Shown: positions 16,798 to 25,720 of the stretch, one piece after another
How positions within the stretch are numbered: the first letter of the stretch is position 1
Layout: each line of letters opens with the position of its first letter
From: Candidatus Omnitrophota bacterium
GTDB taxonomy: Bacteria > Omnitrophota > Omnitrophia > Omnitrophales > Aquincolibacteriaceae
Length of the DNA stretch: 64,000 bases
NCBI GenBank assembly: GCA_903884815.1
Contig: CAISGE010000021.1
Coordinates: 64,448 to 128,447, forward strand
Direction of reading: 5' to 3'
Position numbers and translations under genes: made by a program
The notes under the pieces: model-generated
Told to the model about the DNA's origin: nothing
The model's input: only the letters and a program-made list of their open reading frames with translations
Databases searched by the model: none

Positions 16798-17993
16798 TCA
16801 AGCGCTTTCGCGACAGCCCTCGCTTGGACCTGATGACGCTCTCCCCAAAAATTAAATTTCCAGACCTGAGGTCGGGCGTCGGATGAAGCAAGCGCGATAT
16901 ACACAAGTCCCACCGGTTTCTTGGCACTCCCCCCGCCGGGCCCCGCGATCCCGGTGACCCCGATCCCATAGTCCGAACCCATCCGGACGCGAACCCATTT
17001 CGCGAGCTCTACAGCCACCTGGGGGGAAACCTCTCCGTACTTTTTGATGAGGTCTTCAGGAACCCCGAGTAATTTCTTTATGGCCGGATGATAGGCCACC
17101 GTCGCCCCGCGAAAATAAGCGCTCGATCCCGGACAAGCCGTGATCCGCGAAGCCAGGAGACCTCCCGTACAGCTTTCCGCGACCGCAAGCGTCCGCTTCT
17201 TCTTAATGAGAATATTCCCGATCACCGATGAAAGCGGCGTCTCATTCCACGCATAGATCCGGTCTTTGAGCCGTGCGGCGATCTTTTTTTTGACCGCACT
17301 CAAAATCGTCGAACTTTCCGCCAGAATGCGTATTGCGATCTCCCCCGCCGAAGGGTAGATCCCAAAATCAAAAGGCGCGTTAAAAAAATCCTTCCCGAGT
17401 TTTTTCATGACATCGGGCTCGGAGATCCCGGTCATTCTCGCGACAAGCTTGGGAATGGACCGAAGCTCCGGGAACTGTTTTTTCAGGACCGGAAGAACCA
17501 CGTCAAAATACATGTTCTCAAGCTCCGAGGGAACGCCGGGAAGCGCGATCACGAGATTTTTCTGTGCCTGGATCGAGAAACCGAGCGCGATACCGAAGCG
17601 GTTGACGAGAGGCTTCGCATTCTTGGGATAAAACGCCTCCTGTTTCACCAGACGGGGGATGCGCTTACCGTACCGCTTGTAGATCTTCTCAAGCCGGCGG
17701 TAGTGCGTCGGAGAAAAAATAAGCGGCACTTTAAAATGCGCGGCGATCCCTTCCCGTGTCACATCATCCGGTGTGGGCCCGAGTCCTCCCGTCATGATGA
17801 TGACATCGGCGCGACGAATGACCTCTCCCAAACGAAACCGAATGGCTTCCTTGGAGTCGGCACAAACACCGTGGGAAACCACCTCGAAGCCGAGGTTGGT
17901 AAGTTCGCGTCCAAGGAACGCGGCATTCGTATTGACAGCACTCCCGCGAAGGACTTCATTCCCGACCGAGAGGATCGCTGCGGAACGCTTCAT
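16773..17993 (-). CDS. cinA: CinA family protein (MoCF-binding domain plus nicotinamide-nucleotide amidohydrolase PncC domain)
   Basis: N-terminal MoCF/CinA domain (KRSAAILSVGNEVL..IIMTGGLGPTPDD) and C-terminal CinA_C domain (TLAVAESCTGGLL). The ATG at 17991-17993 overlaps the TGA of the upstream gene (ATGA). The ORF-track TTG start at 18020 was rejected. Confidence 0.85.
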   Translation of the reverse strand: MKRSAAILSVGNEVLRGSAVNTNAAFLGRELTNLGFEVVSHGVCADSKEAIRFRLGEVIRRADVIIMTGGLGPTPDDVTREGIAAHFKVPLIFSPTHYRRLEKIYKRYGKRIPRLVKQEAFYPKNAKPLVNRFGIALGFSIQAQKNLVIALPGVPSELENMYFDVVLPVLKKQFPELRSIPKLVARMTGISEPDVMKKLGKDFFNAPFDFGIYPSAGEIAIRILAESSTILSAVKKKIAARLKDRIYAWNETPLSSVIGNILIKKKRTLAVAESCTGGLLASRITACPGSSAYFRGATVAYHPAIKKLLGVPEDLIKKYGEVSPQVAVELAKWVRVRMGSDYGIGVTGIAGPGGGSAKKPVGLVYIALASSDARPQVWKFNFWGERHQVQARAVAKALECLWRKIR

Positions 17994-19003
17994 TTGAAAA
18001 GGAGGAACAGGATGATCCAAGCATAAAGCCCGGCGCCCAGGTCATCGGCAAGGATCCCCCAGAAGCGCGGGATGCGCTCCAGCGAACGCACGGGAAAGGG
18101 CTTCCATACATCGAAAAGACGAAAAAGCGCGAATCCGAGTATCACGGAAGTCCAGGTCAGGGGGATTATCATAAAAGTGACGAAAATGCCGCAGACCTCA
18201 TCGAGCACGATATATTGCGGGTCGGGGTCCGGGTCGATGAGCTTCTTATAGGCGAACGCGCCCCAAAAGATCAGCGCGACAAAGGTGAGTCCGTAAAGCG
18301 CTCCATTCCAATGGGTCAAGAAAACAAGAAGCAGGCCGAACAAACTTCCCCAGGTCCCCGGCGCTTTCGGCAAAAACCCCACCCCGACCGCGAGGACATA
18401 CTTATTGAAAGCTTCCGAGGCAAACAGAGCGCGCTGATTCCAAAGGAACGATACCCCGGAAAAAAGCGTCAGGGAGATAACCGCGAGCAAAAGAACGGGA
18501 AGAGCATAATAGATGCTCCCCGTGACCAAGTTCAAAATGGAAAACGGCGTGAGCAGCAGATAGAGAAAACACAAGCTGACGAGAGCCACCTGAAAGCCGA
18601 ACTTCCATTTGCCCATCTTTTCGGCGCCCATCGACTTCCCTTCCATGAGCCACCCGGTCCGGCAAAATGTCACCACGATCTCGCGGATAAAGATCGGGAC
18701 GATCCACCAGACGGAATAGAACTTGAGCGCCGCGAAGGCTGCCAGCGGTCCCAGGATCAGGATCTTGTCGCTAAAAGGGTCGATGAACCGACCGAGCGCA
18801 GATTCGAGATTGTATTTGCGCGCGATCCTTCCATCGTGATAATCGGTGACCCCACCCAGGACAAAGAGAAAAAGACCCAGCAAGTGCATCCAAGGGTTGT
18901 GGTGGAGGATCAGAAAGGGCAAAAAGAGCCCGATCACGCCCCGGAGAAGGGTCAGAACATTGGGGTGGACCAGAGGTCCTTCAGGTTTGGCCGATAAGGT
19001 CAT
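17990..19003 (-). CDS. pgsA: bifunctional CDP-diacylglycerol--glycerol-3-phosphate 3-phosphatidyltransferase / phosphatidylglycerophosphatase A (PgsA-PgpA fusion)
   Basis: N-terminal CDP-alcohol phosphatidyltransferase motif DYHDGRIARKYNLESALGRFIDPFSDK. The C-terminal roughly 130 aa carry PgpA-family motifs (PDPDPQYIVLDEVCG .. FRLFDVWKPFP .. ADDLGAGLYAW). Confidence 0.8.
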   Translation of the reverse strand: MTLSAKPEGPLVHPNVLTLLRGVIGLFLPFLILHHNPWMHLLGLFLFVLGGVTDYHDGRIARKYNLESALGRFIDPFSDKILILGPLAAFAALKFYSVWWIVPIFIREIVVTFCRTGWLMEGKSMGAEKMGKWKFGFQVALVSLCFLYLLLTPFSILNLVTGSIYYALPVLLLAVISLTLFSGVSFLWNQRALFASEAFNKYVLAVGVGFLPKAPGTWGSLFGLLLVFLTHWNGALYGLTFVALIFWGAFAYKKLIDPDPDPQYIVLDEVCGIFVTFMIIPLTWTSVILGFALFRLFDVWKPFPVRSLERIPRFWGILADDLGAGLYAWIILFLLFK

Positions 19004-20321
19004 AGTCTTGTATATCCGTGATCTTTACAGTGTAAAATTTTCCAACCGTTAATTCTTTCCGGGTCTTCACAAGAACACTACCGTCGATCTCCGGCGCATC
19101 CATGTAAGAGCGGCCGGTCCAGAGGCTCGGGTCTTTCTCATCCTGTTTTTCCATGAGCACCCGGAATTCCCGGCCAATGAAGCGCCGGTTCACATCCCTT
19201 ACGATCTCCTGCTGGAGCTGCATCGCACGGTGAAACCGGTCTTCCTTGATCTTCTCGGAAACCTGGTCGGGCAACTCGGCCGAAGGAGAACCTTCCTCCT
19301 GAGAATAACGAAAGATCCCAAGGCGCTCGAATTTCATCTCCCTCATAAATTCAAGCAACTCCTCGAATTCCGCTTCGGTCTCGCCCGGAAACCCCACGAT
19401 AAAGCTTGTGCGGATCACCACCTCGGGGATCCAGGCCCGGATCTTCTGGATCAGCTCGATCGCCTGCTTTTTCGTATTCCCACGGCGCATATCCCTCAGT
19501 ATCTTATCATTAATATGCTGCAGCGGAAGGTCTATGTAACGGCAGACCTGCTTGGACTTCGCCAAAGCCTGAATGATCTCGTCGGTCAGTGTCGAGGGAT
19601 AGGTGTAGAGAAGCCGTACCCACTTGATCTCCCTCACGGACCCCAGCGCTTCCAGCAGCTGCGGCAAAAGGGACTTGCCCGCGTGATCCCAGCCGAATTT
19701 TGTAATGTCCTGACCGATTACGATGAGCTCCTTGGCGCCTTCCTCGGCAAGCTGTTTCGCCTCGCGGATAAGATCGGAGATAGCGCGGGAACGATACCGG
19801 CCCCGGAGACTCGGAATAACACAAAAAGAGCACGTGTGGTCGCATCCCTCGGAGATCTTAAGGTAACGGGAATAAGGAGGCGTGAGAGCGATACGCCTTT
19901 CATCCGCCTCGGCAAGATAACCGGCCTTGTGGACCGAGACAAATTTCTGTCCGGCCTCCACTTTCTTGAGCACCTCGGCAACCCGCATGTAATCCCCAGA
20001 CCCCACGAACGCGTCGACTTCGGGAAATTCCTTCTGCAATTCTTCCGCGTAGCGCTGGACCAGGCATCCCATCACGACGACGCCCTGGAGCCGTTTCTCT
20101 TTTTTCATCTCGAGAAGCTTGAGCAACTCGTCAATCGATTCCTGCTTGGCTTCTTTGATAAAACCGCAGGTATTCAGAATCACCACATCGCATTGCGCAA
20201 TGTCCCGGGTCAAGGCGTACTGTGCTCCCTGAGCCTTTCCCAGAATGACCTCGCTATCGACTAGCGTCTTGGGACAGCCCAGCGACACGATCCCGACTCT
20301 GATCTTTTTTCCCTGCGGCAT
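18981..20321 (-). CDS. rimO: ribosomal protein S12 methylthiotransferase RimO
   Basis: 446 aa with MTTase N domain (KIRVGIVSLGCPKTLVDSE), radical-SAM CxxxCxxC (CDHTCSFC) and a C-terminal TRAM domain. The RimO-type N-terminus distinguishes it from MiaB. Confidence 0.85.
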   Translation of the reverse strand: MPQGKKIRVGIVSLGCPKTLVDSEVILGKAQGAQYALTRDIAQCDVVILNTCGFIKEAKQESIDELLKLLEMKKEKRLQGVVVMGCLVQRYAEELQKEFPEVDAFVGSGDYMRVAEVLKKVEAGQKFVSVHKAGYLAEADERRIALTPPYSRYLKISEGCDHTCSFCVIPSLRGRYRSRAISDLIREAKQLAEEGAKELIVIGQDITKFGWDHAGKSLLPQLLEALGSVREIKWVRLLYTYPSTLTDEIIQALAKSKQVCRYIDLPLQHINDKILRDMRRGNTKKQAIELIQKIRAWIPEVVIRTSFIVGFPGETEAEFEELLEFMREMKFERLGIFRYSQEEGSPSAELPDQVSEKIKEDRFHRAMQLQQEIVRDVNRRFIGREFRVLMEKQDEKDPSLWTGRSYMDAPEIDGSVLVKTRKELTVGKFYTVKITDIQDYDLIGQT

Positions 20322-20360
20322 GAGAACAGCTCCCCGGATCTGAACGGCTCAGAATTAAAT

Positions 20361-20389
20361 AAAAAAAGGGCGGGGATCTTTCCCCGCCC
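20361..20389 (-). terminator. rho-independent terminator downstream of 20412-20834
   Basis: 8-bp GC stem GGGCGGGG/CCCCGCCC with loop ATCTTT. On the minus strand it is followed by TTTTTTT (A-run 20361-20367 on plus). Confidence 0.7.
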
Positions 20390-20411
20390 TTGCAGGCTCA
20401 TAAATGATATT

Positions 20412-20834
20412 TTAATGCACCAACACGTTTCGCTCGGCGATCTTTTCCGCGGTATTCGTCTTTTCCTTCACCTGCTTATTCTCGGCCTTCGACGGCGGCC
20501 GCACCGACTGGAGGATTGCCCGGGAAGGCGCAGTCTTCGCTCCCGTCGCCGGCTTCTGCGCTTGCGGGGGCATCGAAGCCTGTTTTTTCGAGAGCTCTAA
20601 ATCCTTGCTGGAGCGCGCCATTCCCGTCTTCGTATGTTTCATCCGCTCCGAGAGCATGGCGTCCCGTTGACCATCGGTCAAATTCTTGTTCTGCGCTAAT
20701 TGCACCTTGAACGCTTCCAGATCTGCTTCTGGCGAAACGCCCTGAGAGTCTTTTTTATCTTCAAAGATCGCCGCTCGCAGTCCGGACGGCAGAATGAGCA
20801 TCAGCAGTACAACTCCGACCCATAGCTTCTTCAT
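20412..20834 (-). CDS. hypothetical secreted protein
   Basis: 140 aa with an N-terminal signal peptide (MKKLWVGVVLLMLILPSGLRA) and a charged, low-complexity mature part. Its own terminator lies downstream. Confidence 0.55.
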   Translation of the reverse strand: MKKLWVGVVLLMLILPSGLRAAIFEDKKDSQGVSPEADLEAFKVQLAQNKNLTDGQRDAMLSERMKHTKTGMARSSKDLELSKKQASMPPQAQKPATGAKTAPSRAILQSVRPPSKAENKQVKEKTNTAEKIAERNVLVH

Positions 20835-20892
20835 CTTTTTATCTCCTCACTTTGAAATCCTCTTACAGTTCAGTATAACACACCCGAAAGAA

Positions 20893-20966
<74 letters not shown>

Positions 20967-21161
20967 AATCAATCCTGATTCTTCCCCCTGAGATTGCGCT
21001 GGTCCAGCATCCCAAATTGTGTTGTGGGAACAAGGGTAGGCAACCTCCGAACAAAATATAAGGCATACTTCGAAGCCCCAGAAACGGCTCCGCACGGTGA
21101 CCGCATTATACGCATTTTCCCGGCGATTGCAAAAGGAAGGACCTGATGAGTTGCTCGGAAA

Positions 21162-21767
21162 TTATTGCCCCGCTTTCCCGAGAAGCCCTTTAGCGAATTC
21201 CTTGTTGGGCGGGTATTTTAGCCAAACGGTAAAAAGAGCTTCGATAAAGTCGCGGCCCTTGATCACAGCCCTCGATTCACCTCGAACCAGGATCTCCGCC
21301 TGATCATCCGTGAAGGAGTAGATCATCTCCTCCCCTTTTTTCATATCGCTCATCGCGGCCATCAATTGCGGGATCCGGTCCTGAATCTTGGGATAATCCT
21401 TGGAAGCTTTTTCGAGACCCTTCTGCCAAGCCTCCCGGGATTGGTCCGCACTGACATCTCGCTGAAATTTCATAAGGATCTGCTTGAGTCCCTGCGAGTG
21501 GATCAGCTCTTCCGCGTCACTCGATTTTGCCGGAACATAAAGCCCTGCCACGTAGACACGGATCTTTGCCATCGTCGCAAATCTCGGACCGAGACCGTTC
21601 AGAACCAGGGTTTTATTTTTTACACTGACCGATTCGGGAAACTCCACACCCTCAAAGTTCGCCGCCATCAAGCTGCCGCTTATCAGGAAGTGGATCGTGA
21701 CCACCGCAAAAAGGACCTTATTCATTCTCCTCATAAATATGCCCCTCCTCAAGATTTCGCCTTTCAT
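21162..21767 (-). CDS. chalcone isomerase-like family secreted protein
   Basis: Motif FPESVSVKNKTLVLNGLGPRFATMAKIRVYVAGLYV is typical of the bacterial chalcone-isomerase-like fold. A signal peptide is evident from the internal Met at 21725 (MNKVLFAVVTIHFLISGSLMA). Confidence 0.65.
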   Translation of the reverse strand: MKGEILRRGIFMRRMNKVLFAVVTIHFLISGSLMAANFEGVEFPESVSVKNKTLVLNGLGPRFATMAKIRVYVAGLYVPAKSSDAEELIHSQGLKQILMKFQRDVSADQSREAWQKGLEKASKDYPKIQDRIPQLMAAMSDMKKGEEMIYSFTDDQAEILVRGESRAVIKGRDFIEALFTVWLKYPPNKEFAKGLLGKAGQ

Positions 21768-21847
21768 TTATCCAAGGGCCGCGCTTTCCCACACATCGAA
21801 GGCCTTGATGTCGGAAAATGAATCGTTAGGCGTTGATCGTTGTCCTC

Positions 21848-22288
21848 TTATTTCGACTGCCCCCTCTGCCGCCGAAGCTCGTCACATTTTGTCGAGAGCT
21901 GGTCCTTGTGATCATCCAGACATTTTGAGATCGAAACCGGATCGATCGCTGAAGCCGTACACAGTTTCTCGATATCCTCCAAACAAGCCGCGGCAAACCA
22001 ATTCAGATCTTGAGGGATATTCTGCGATAATCTGGACGTCTCTACCCGCGCACTTTCACACTTGGGTGAAAGGCTCTCTTTGTGCGAATTAAGACAAGCC
22101 AGGAGACGTCCCTCGCCGGGCTTGACGTCTTTGCAATAGCTCTCCAACTCCGCCGCACAACTCGCTTCAAGCTGGTCGGCCTGCTTGCCCACTTTCAATT
22201 CTTCCTGCCATGGCTCTGCCTTTACTATACCCGCTGACACAAAAAGAGTCCCCAACAGCATCGCGACGAATATTTTTTTCATTTTCAT
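21848..22288 (-). CDS. secreted protein with two Cys-rich repeats (Cys_rich_FGFR/GLG1-type, PF00839-like)
   Basis: Signal peptide, then two repeats of the form C..E...YC.DV.PGEGRLLACL..H...LS..C. Confidence 0.65.
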   Translation of the reverse strand: MKMKKIFVAMLLGTLFVSAGIVKAEPWQEELKVGKQADQLEASCAAELESYCKDVKPGEGRLLACLNSHKESLSPKCESARVETSRLSQNIPQDLNWFAAACLEDIEKLCTASAIDPVSISKCLDDHKDQLSTKCDELRRQRGQSK

Positions 22289-22305
22289 TTCCCCTTATTT
22301 TCCGA

Positions 22306-22788
22306 TTATTGAATTTTTGCGGCATGATACTGGTAATCAACATCCTTTTTCTTTCCCAAATCACCTTCGGCCTGACCGCGCACCTCATTGCACTTCGCGG
22401 AGACCTTTGCCTTATTCTCTTCCAGGCATTTCAGGACGCGGCCTTCCCCCACCACGACCTTAGAGCAGAGTTTTTCCATATCTTCCCGGCAGGCCGAAGC
22501 AAACGCGGAAAGATTGTCCGTCGCATTCTTCAGCTCTTCCGCGACCTCATAGAAAGCAGCTTCGCAAGGACCAGACAGCTTATCGCCATGCGCGTAAAGA
22601 CAGGCCAGTCCGCGCTGATTCCCCGGGGTTACATGACTGCAATAGGTCGCCAGTTCCACCTGACACTGCGTTCCAAGTTTATCCGCATTTTTTCCTTTCA
22701 ATGTCTCAATCGGCCCTTCCGCCGCTCGCCCGTGAACTGGAAGAATCAATAGTGCCACGATAAACCATCCCAACATCTTTTTTTTCAT
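22306..22788 (-). CDS. secreted protein with two Cys-rich repeats, tandem paralog of 21848-22288
   Basis: Same repeat architecture (CQVELATYCSHVTPGNQRGLACLYAHGDKLSGPC; CREDMEKLCSKVVVGEGRVLKCLEENKAKVSAKC). Confidence 0.65.
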   Translation of the reverse strand: MKKKMLGWFIVALLILPVHGRAAEGPIETLKGKNADKLGTQCQVELATYCSHVTPGNQRGLACLYAHGDKLSGPCEAAFYEVAEELKNATDNLSAFASACREDMEKLCSKVVVGEGRVLKCLEENKAKVSAKCNEVRGQAEGDLGKKKDVDYQYHAAKIQ

Positions 22789-22856
22789 ACACTCTCCTTT
22801 TCGGTGAATAGAAATAATGCTTATGTTTAATTCAAGCCGCTTGCCCTCGTTACGTT

Positions 22857-23447
22857 TTAACGCCGAAACACCGGCGGAAACTCCGCAAGGATCTTCTGGA
22901 CAGCCTTCTGGATATTGGTTACGCGCTTTGCCGAATCGGCATTTTCATCGATCGCTTTCTTTCCCGTGCCTCGCCAGATCAGCGTATTTGTTTTTGTATC
23001 GACCACATCTAAAAGCAAGGTCCCCTCTTCGTATTGAGTCACAAATGTTTCGCCCCCTCCATAAGCCCAACCGGGATTCACGCCCGAAACGCCGTAGGGT
23101 CCCACCGTGCTGTAAGGTGAGTAGTACGGAGTGCTGACCTGCGTAACGTCCATCTTCTGTTCGAGCGCCATCAGGTAGGCCACTTTAAAGTCCGGGGTTC
23201 CGGTCGAGATCTTCTGGAATCCCTTGGTCCGTAACGTTTGATCAACTGCAGTGCGAATGCGGGCATCAAGGATATCGCTGTTAAGCCTTGGATCATCCGC
23301 CCGGGGCTGGCTTTCCGAAGTCCAGGAATAGGTCTTGAGTGTGGAAAAATTAGCCGTGGTGTCGTAGTCGGAATTCACGGTCACGGTCGCGCATCCCCCC
23401 AAAATAATAGCCGGGATCAAAGCGACAAACAAATAAAGTTTTCTCAT
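22857..23447 (-). CDS. DUF4136-like lipoprotein
   Basis: MRKLYLFVALIPAIILGGC lipoprotein signal, then ATVTVNSDYDTTANFSTLKTYSW. Start chosen at the internal ATG at 23447; the ORF track extends to 23471. Confidence 0.6.
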   Translation of the reverse strand: MRKLYLFVALIPAIILGGCATVTVNSDYDTTANFSTLKTYSWTSESQPRADDPRLNSDILDARIRTAVDQTLRTKGFQKISTGTPDFKVAYLMALEQKMDVTQVSTPYYSPYSTVGPYGVSGVNPGWAYGGGETFVTQYEEGTLLLDVVDTKTNTLIWRGTGKKAIDENADSAKRVTNIQKAVQKILAEFPPVFRR

Positions 23448-23470
23448 CGCAAAATCTCCCTTGAGGAACA

Positions 23471-24952
23471 TTACAAGTTTAATCCCAACAGTTTCTTCAG
23501 AGGACCCGGGTTCCGCTTTGGAAGCGGCGCGGGATCATATTCTTCGAAAATCGTATGCAGAACATTGTCCAAGAAGGTCATATCCTTTGGCATCTCCACA
23601 TGGTTCGAGAAAAAGAAAACCGAACGCTCAAGGGGCAGCTGCAACCGGACGCTCACGCCGTTGATATCGACGGTATGACGGCCCAGCACGCTTTCTTTGG
23701 TGACGCTCATATCGCCATAGCCGTAAAGGGCATCCCGGAGATTGGGATCGTCCGTTTTAAAAGATGTCTTCCAGGCCCCTTTGTCATCTCGACTCAGAAG
23801 CGCCGCTTGCAACGTCGGCGCACGATCCCCTCCGAACACGATATAACGAACCTTCTGCTTCTCCTCGACCGGATCGCCGGCCCACAGAGCCGCCTGAAAT
23901 CTCCTGGCCCGGTCAAGCGCCAGCGCGATATAGCGCCTCTGGATCGCTAATTTCTCCCGGAATTTCTTTTCTCCCTCAGCATCACCATTTGCCTTTTTCA
24001 ATTCCGCGAGGACCTTCGCCTGAAGTTTCGGATTGAAAACCGACCACCCATAAAGCTCCCAATTCGCCGGATCATAAAGGTCGACATCCAGACGCTTGCC
24101 GCTGGCATCGATAAAAATCTTTTTTCCATCGAGCGGCATAAACTCATAAAGAGCGGGCATGGAAAAGATCATTTCGGCCGTCGCGCGACCGACGCTCGGA
24201 AGCCAAAGTCCCTGATGCACGGTCATAAAGGACTCCACCGCACCGGCATTCGGAGTCCCGAGCATGAGGATCTTGTTGATGTTTTTTGCCCCGGCATAGG
24301 TCGGCACCGGCAAGTCCTCACCCAGGACATCCGCAGCACCGTATTTCGCATAATAGCGCGCCACCAAGCCTCCGGCGCTGTGGCACACTAGATTGATCTT
24401 GAGGTCCGGTTGCCCGGTTTTCCTCTTGATATCTTCGATGGCCCGGTCCAACTTTTGAGCGGCTTCGACAAGATCCCGCCTCCAATCCCAGGCGTACGAA
24501 AACCCGTCCCGCCCCGCCTTAAACCCGCCGACCTTCCGCGCCACCTGTGCGATCCGGTCGTTAAGATCCAGCTCCAGGACTCCGGGAATATACTTGAAGG
24601 TCCTGACCACTCCGCCTTCCACAACCTCGTCCTGATTGTCTCGAAGTGTTTTGCCATCGATCGGAAGCTCGAGTTCCTTGATCAATCCCTGGAAAACATT
24701 GCCGTAGACGATCTTTCCGGTTTTGCCGTCCTTCAGCACCGAAGCCATCATGCCGGGCATGAACATCGTCGCCGGCTTTTGCGGAAGGGCGCGGTACCCC
24801 GCGTAAAGATGGCTCAGAGCTCTCTCATCTTCCTTCTGTCGAAGAATGCTCGACCCGATACGCACCACTGCATAGAGCACAAAGAAAAGAAACGTATACT
24901 TCAACAACTTACCGAGAAAGCGAAAGAACTTATTTTTTTTCTGCGAACTCAT
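23471..24952 (-). CDS. alpha/beta hydrolase, LCAT/PGAP1-like lipase/acyltransferase family
   Basis: 493 aa with an N-terminal TM anchor, nucleophile-elbow variant VCHSAGG and an LCAT-like extended architecture. Confidence 0.7.
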   Translation of the reverse strand: MSSQKKNKFFRFLGKLLKYTFLFFVLYAVVRIGSSILRQKEDERALSHLYAGYRALPQKPATMFMPGMMASVLKDGKTGKIVYGNVFQGLIKELELPIDGKTLRDNQDEVVEGGVVRTFKYIPGVLELDLNDRIAQVARKVGGFKAGRDGFSYAWDWRRDLVEAAQKLDRAIEDIKRKTGQPDLKINLVCHSAGGLVARYYAKYGAADVLGEDLPVPTYAGAKNINKILMLGTPNAGAVESFMTVHQGLWLPSVGRATAEMIFSMPALYEFMPLDGKKIFIDASGKRLDVDLYDPANWELYGWSVFNPKLQAKVLAELKKANGDAEGEKKFREKLAIQRRYIALALDRARRFQAALWAGDPVEEKQKVRYIVFGGDRAPTLQAALLSRDDKGAWKTSFKTDDPNLRDALYGYGDMSVTKESVLGRHTVDINGVSVRLQLPLERSVFFFSNHVEMPKDMTFLDNVLHTIFEEYDPAPLPKRNPGPLKKLLGLNL

Positions 24953-24991
24953 GGGAAACTCCGATCCGGCGCAATTTCGCCGTTCATACTG

Positions 24992-25720
24992 CTACCAAGG
25001 TTTCAGATCAAAGTTCGAGGACTTGCTGACCACGGTGCCCGGTTTCCGGTTCAGGGTCTCGACGAGCTTCACCGACCACTCATCCACTCTTTTCTCGGCA
25101 AAACCGTACCAGCTGAACTGGTCAATGTTCACAAGGGTGAAAGGCTCATTTTTCCGGTCCGCGAACTTGGCGAGAATTTCTCCCGTCTTGCCGTCCTTCA
25201 GCCGTATCTCGATCGACACATAGCTGGGATTGGTCTGATTCACGGCCGTCGCCGCGAGCCCATAGAGCGGTACATAACCGGCCGCTTTAAGAAGCACCTT
25301 GTTCGGCGTCAGCTCCGTGAGTGCCATTTCCACGAGCAAGGTATCCGCCGACTTAGCGCTGTACGAGATCTTGAACCGCTTTTTAGGATCCGTGATAAAC
25401 GCGTTAGAAAAGGCACCGCGCGTATACATCGCGAGCTTTTTGATGTCCCTCTGGATCTCGCCAGTACGACCCATCTCCTGCCATTCGTTGGACTTTAGAA
25501 GATGTTTCGTATCGACAGGCGCGATCACGATCTTCGTGTATTTCTGCCAATTCACGCCGGGCTTGATCCATCCCATTTCGAACGGAAGATCTCCCCGGAT
25601 CGTCATGCCCGACTGATCCATGAATCCGCTCGGCTTGGGATCCGCGGCCGCGCAAACCGGTAAAAAGTTGACCATAAGCACCAGCGAGAGAATGCTCGCC
25701 ATCGCGTTTTTTAATTTCAT
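24992..25720 (-). CDS. DUF3313-like lipoprotein
   Basis: 242 aa with lipoprotein signal (..NFLPVCAAADP). Family assignment is from memory. It overlaps the upstream gene by 4 nt. Confidence 0.55.
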   Translation of the reverse strand: MKLKNAMASILSLVLMVNFLPVCAAADPKPSGFMDQSGMTIRGDLPFEMGWIKPGVNWQKYTKIVIAPVDTKHLLKSNEWQEMGRTGEIQRDIKKLAMYTRGAFSNAFITDPKKRFKISYSAKSADTLLVEMALTELTPNKVLLKAAGYVPLYGLAATAVNQTNPSYVSIEIRLKDGKTGEILAKFADRKNEPFTLVNIDQFSWYGFAEKRVDEWSVKLVETLNRKPGTVVSKSSNFDLKPW

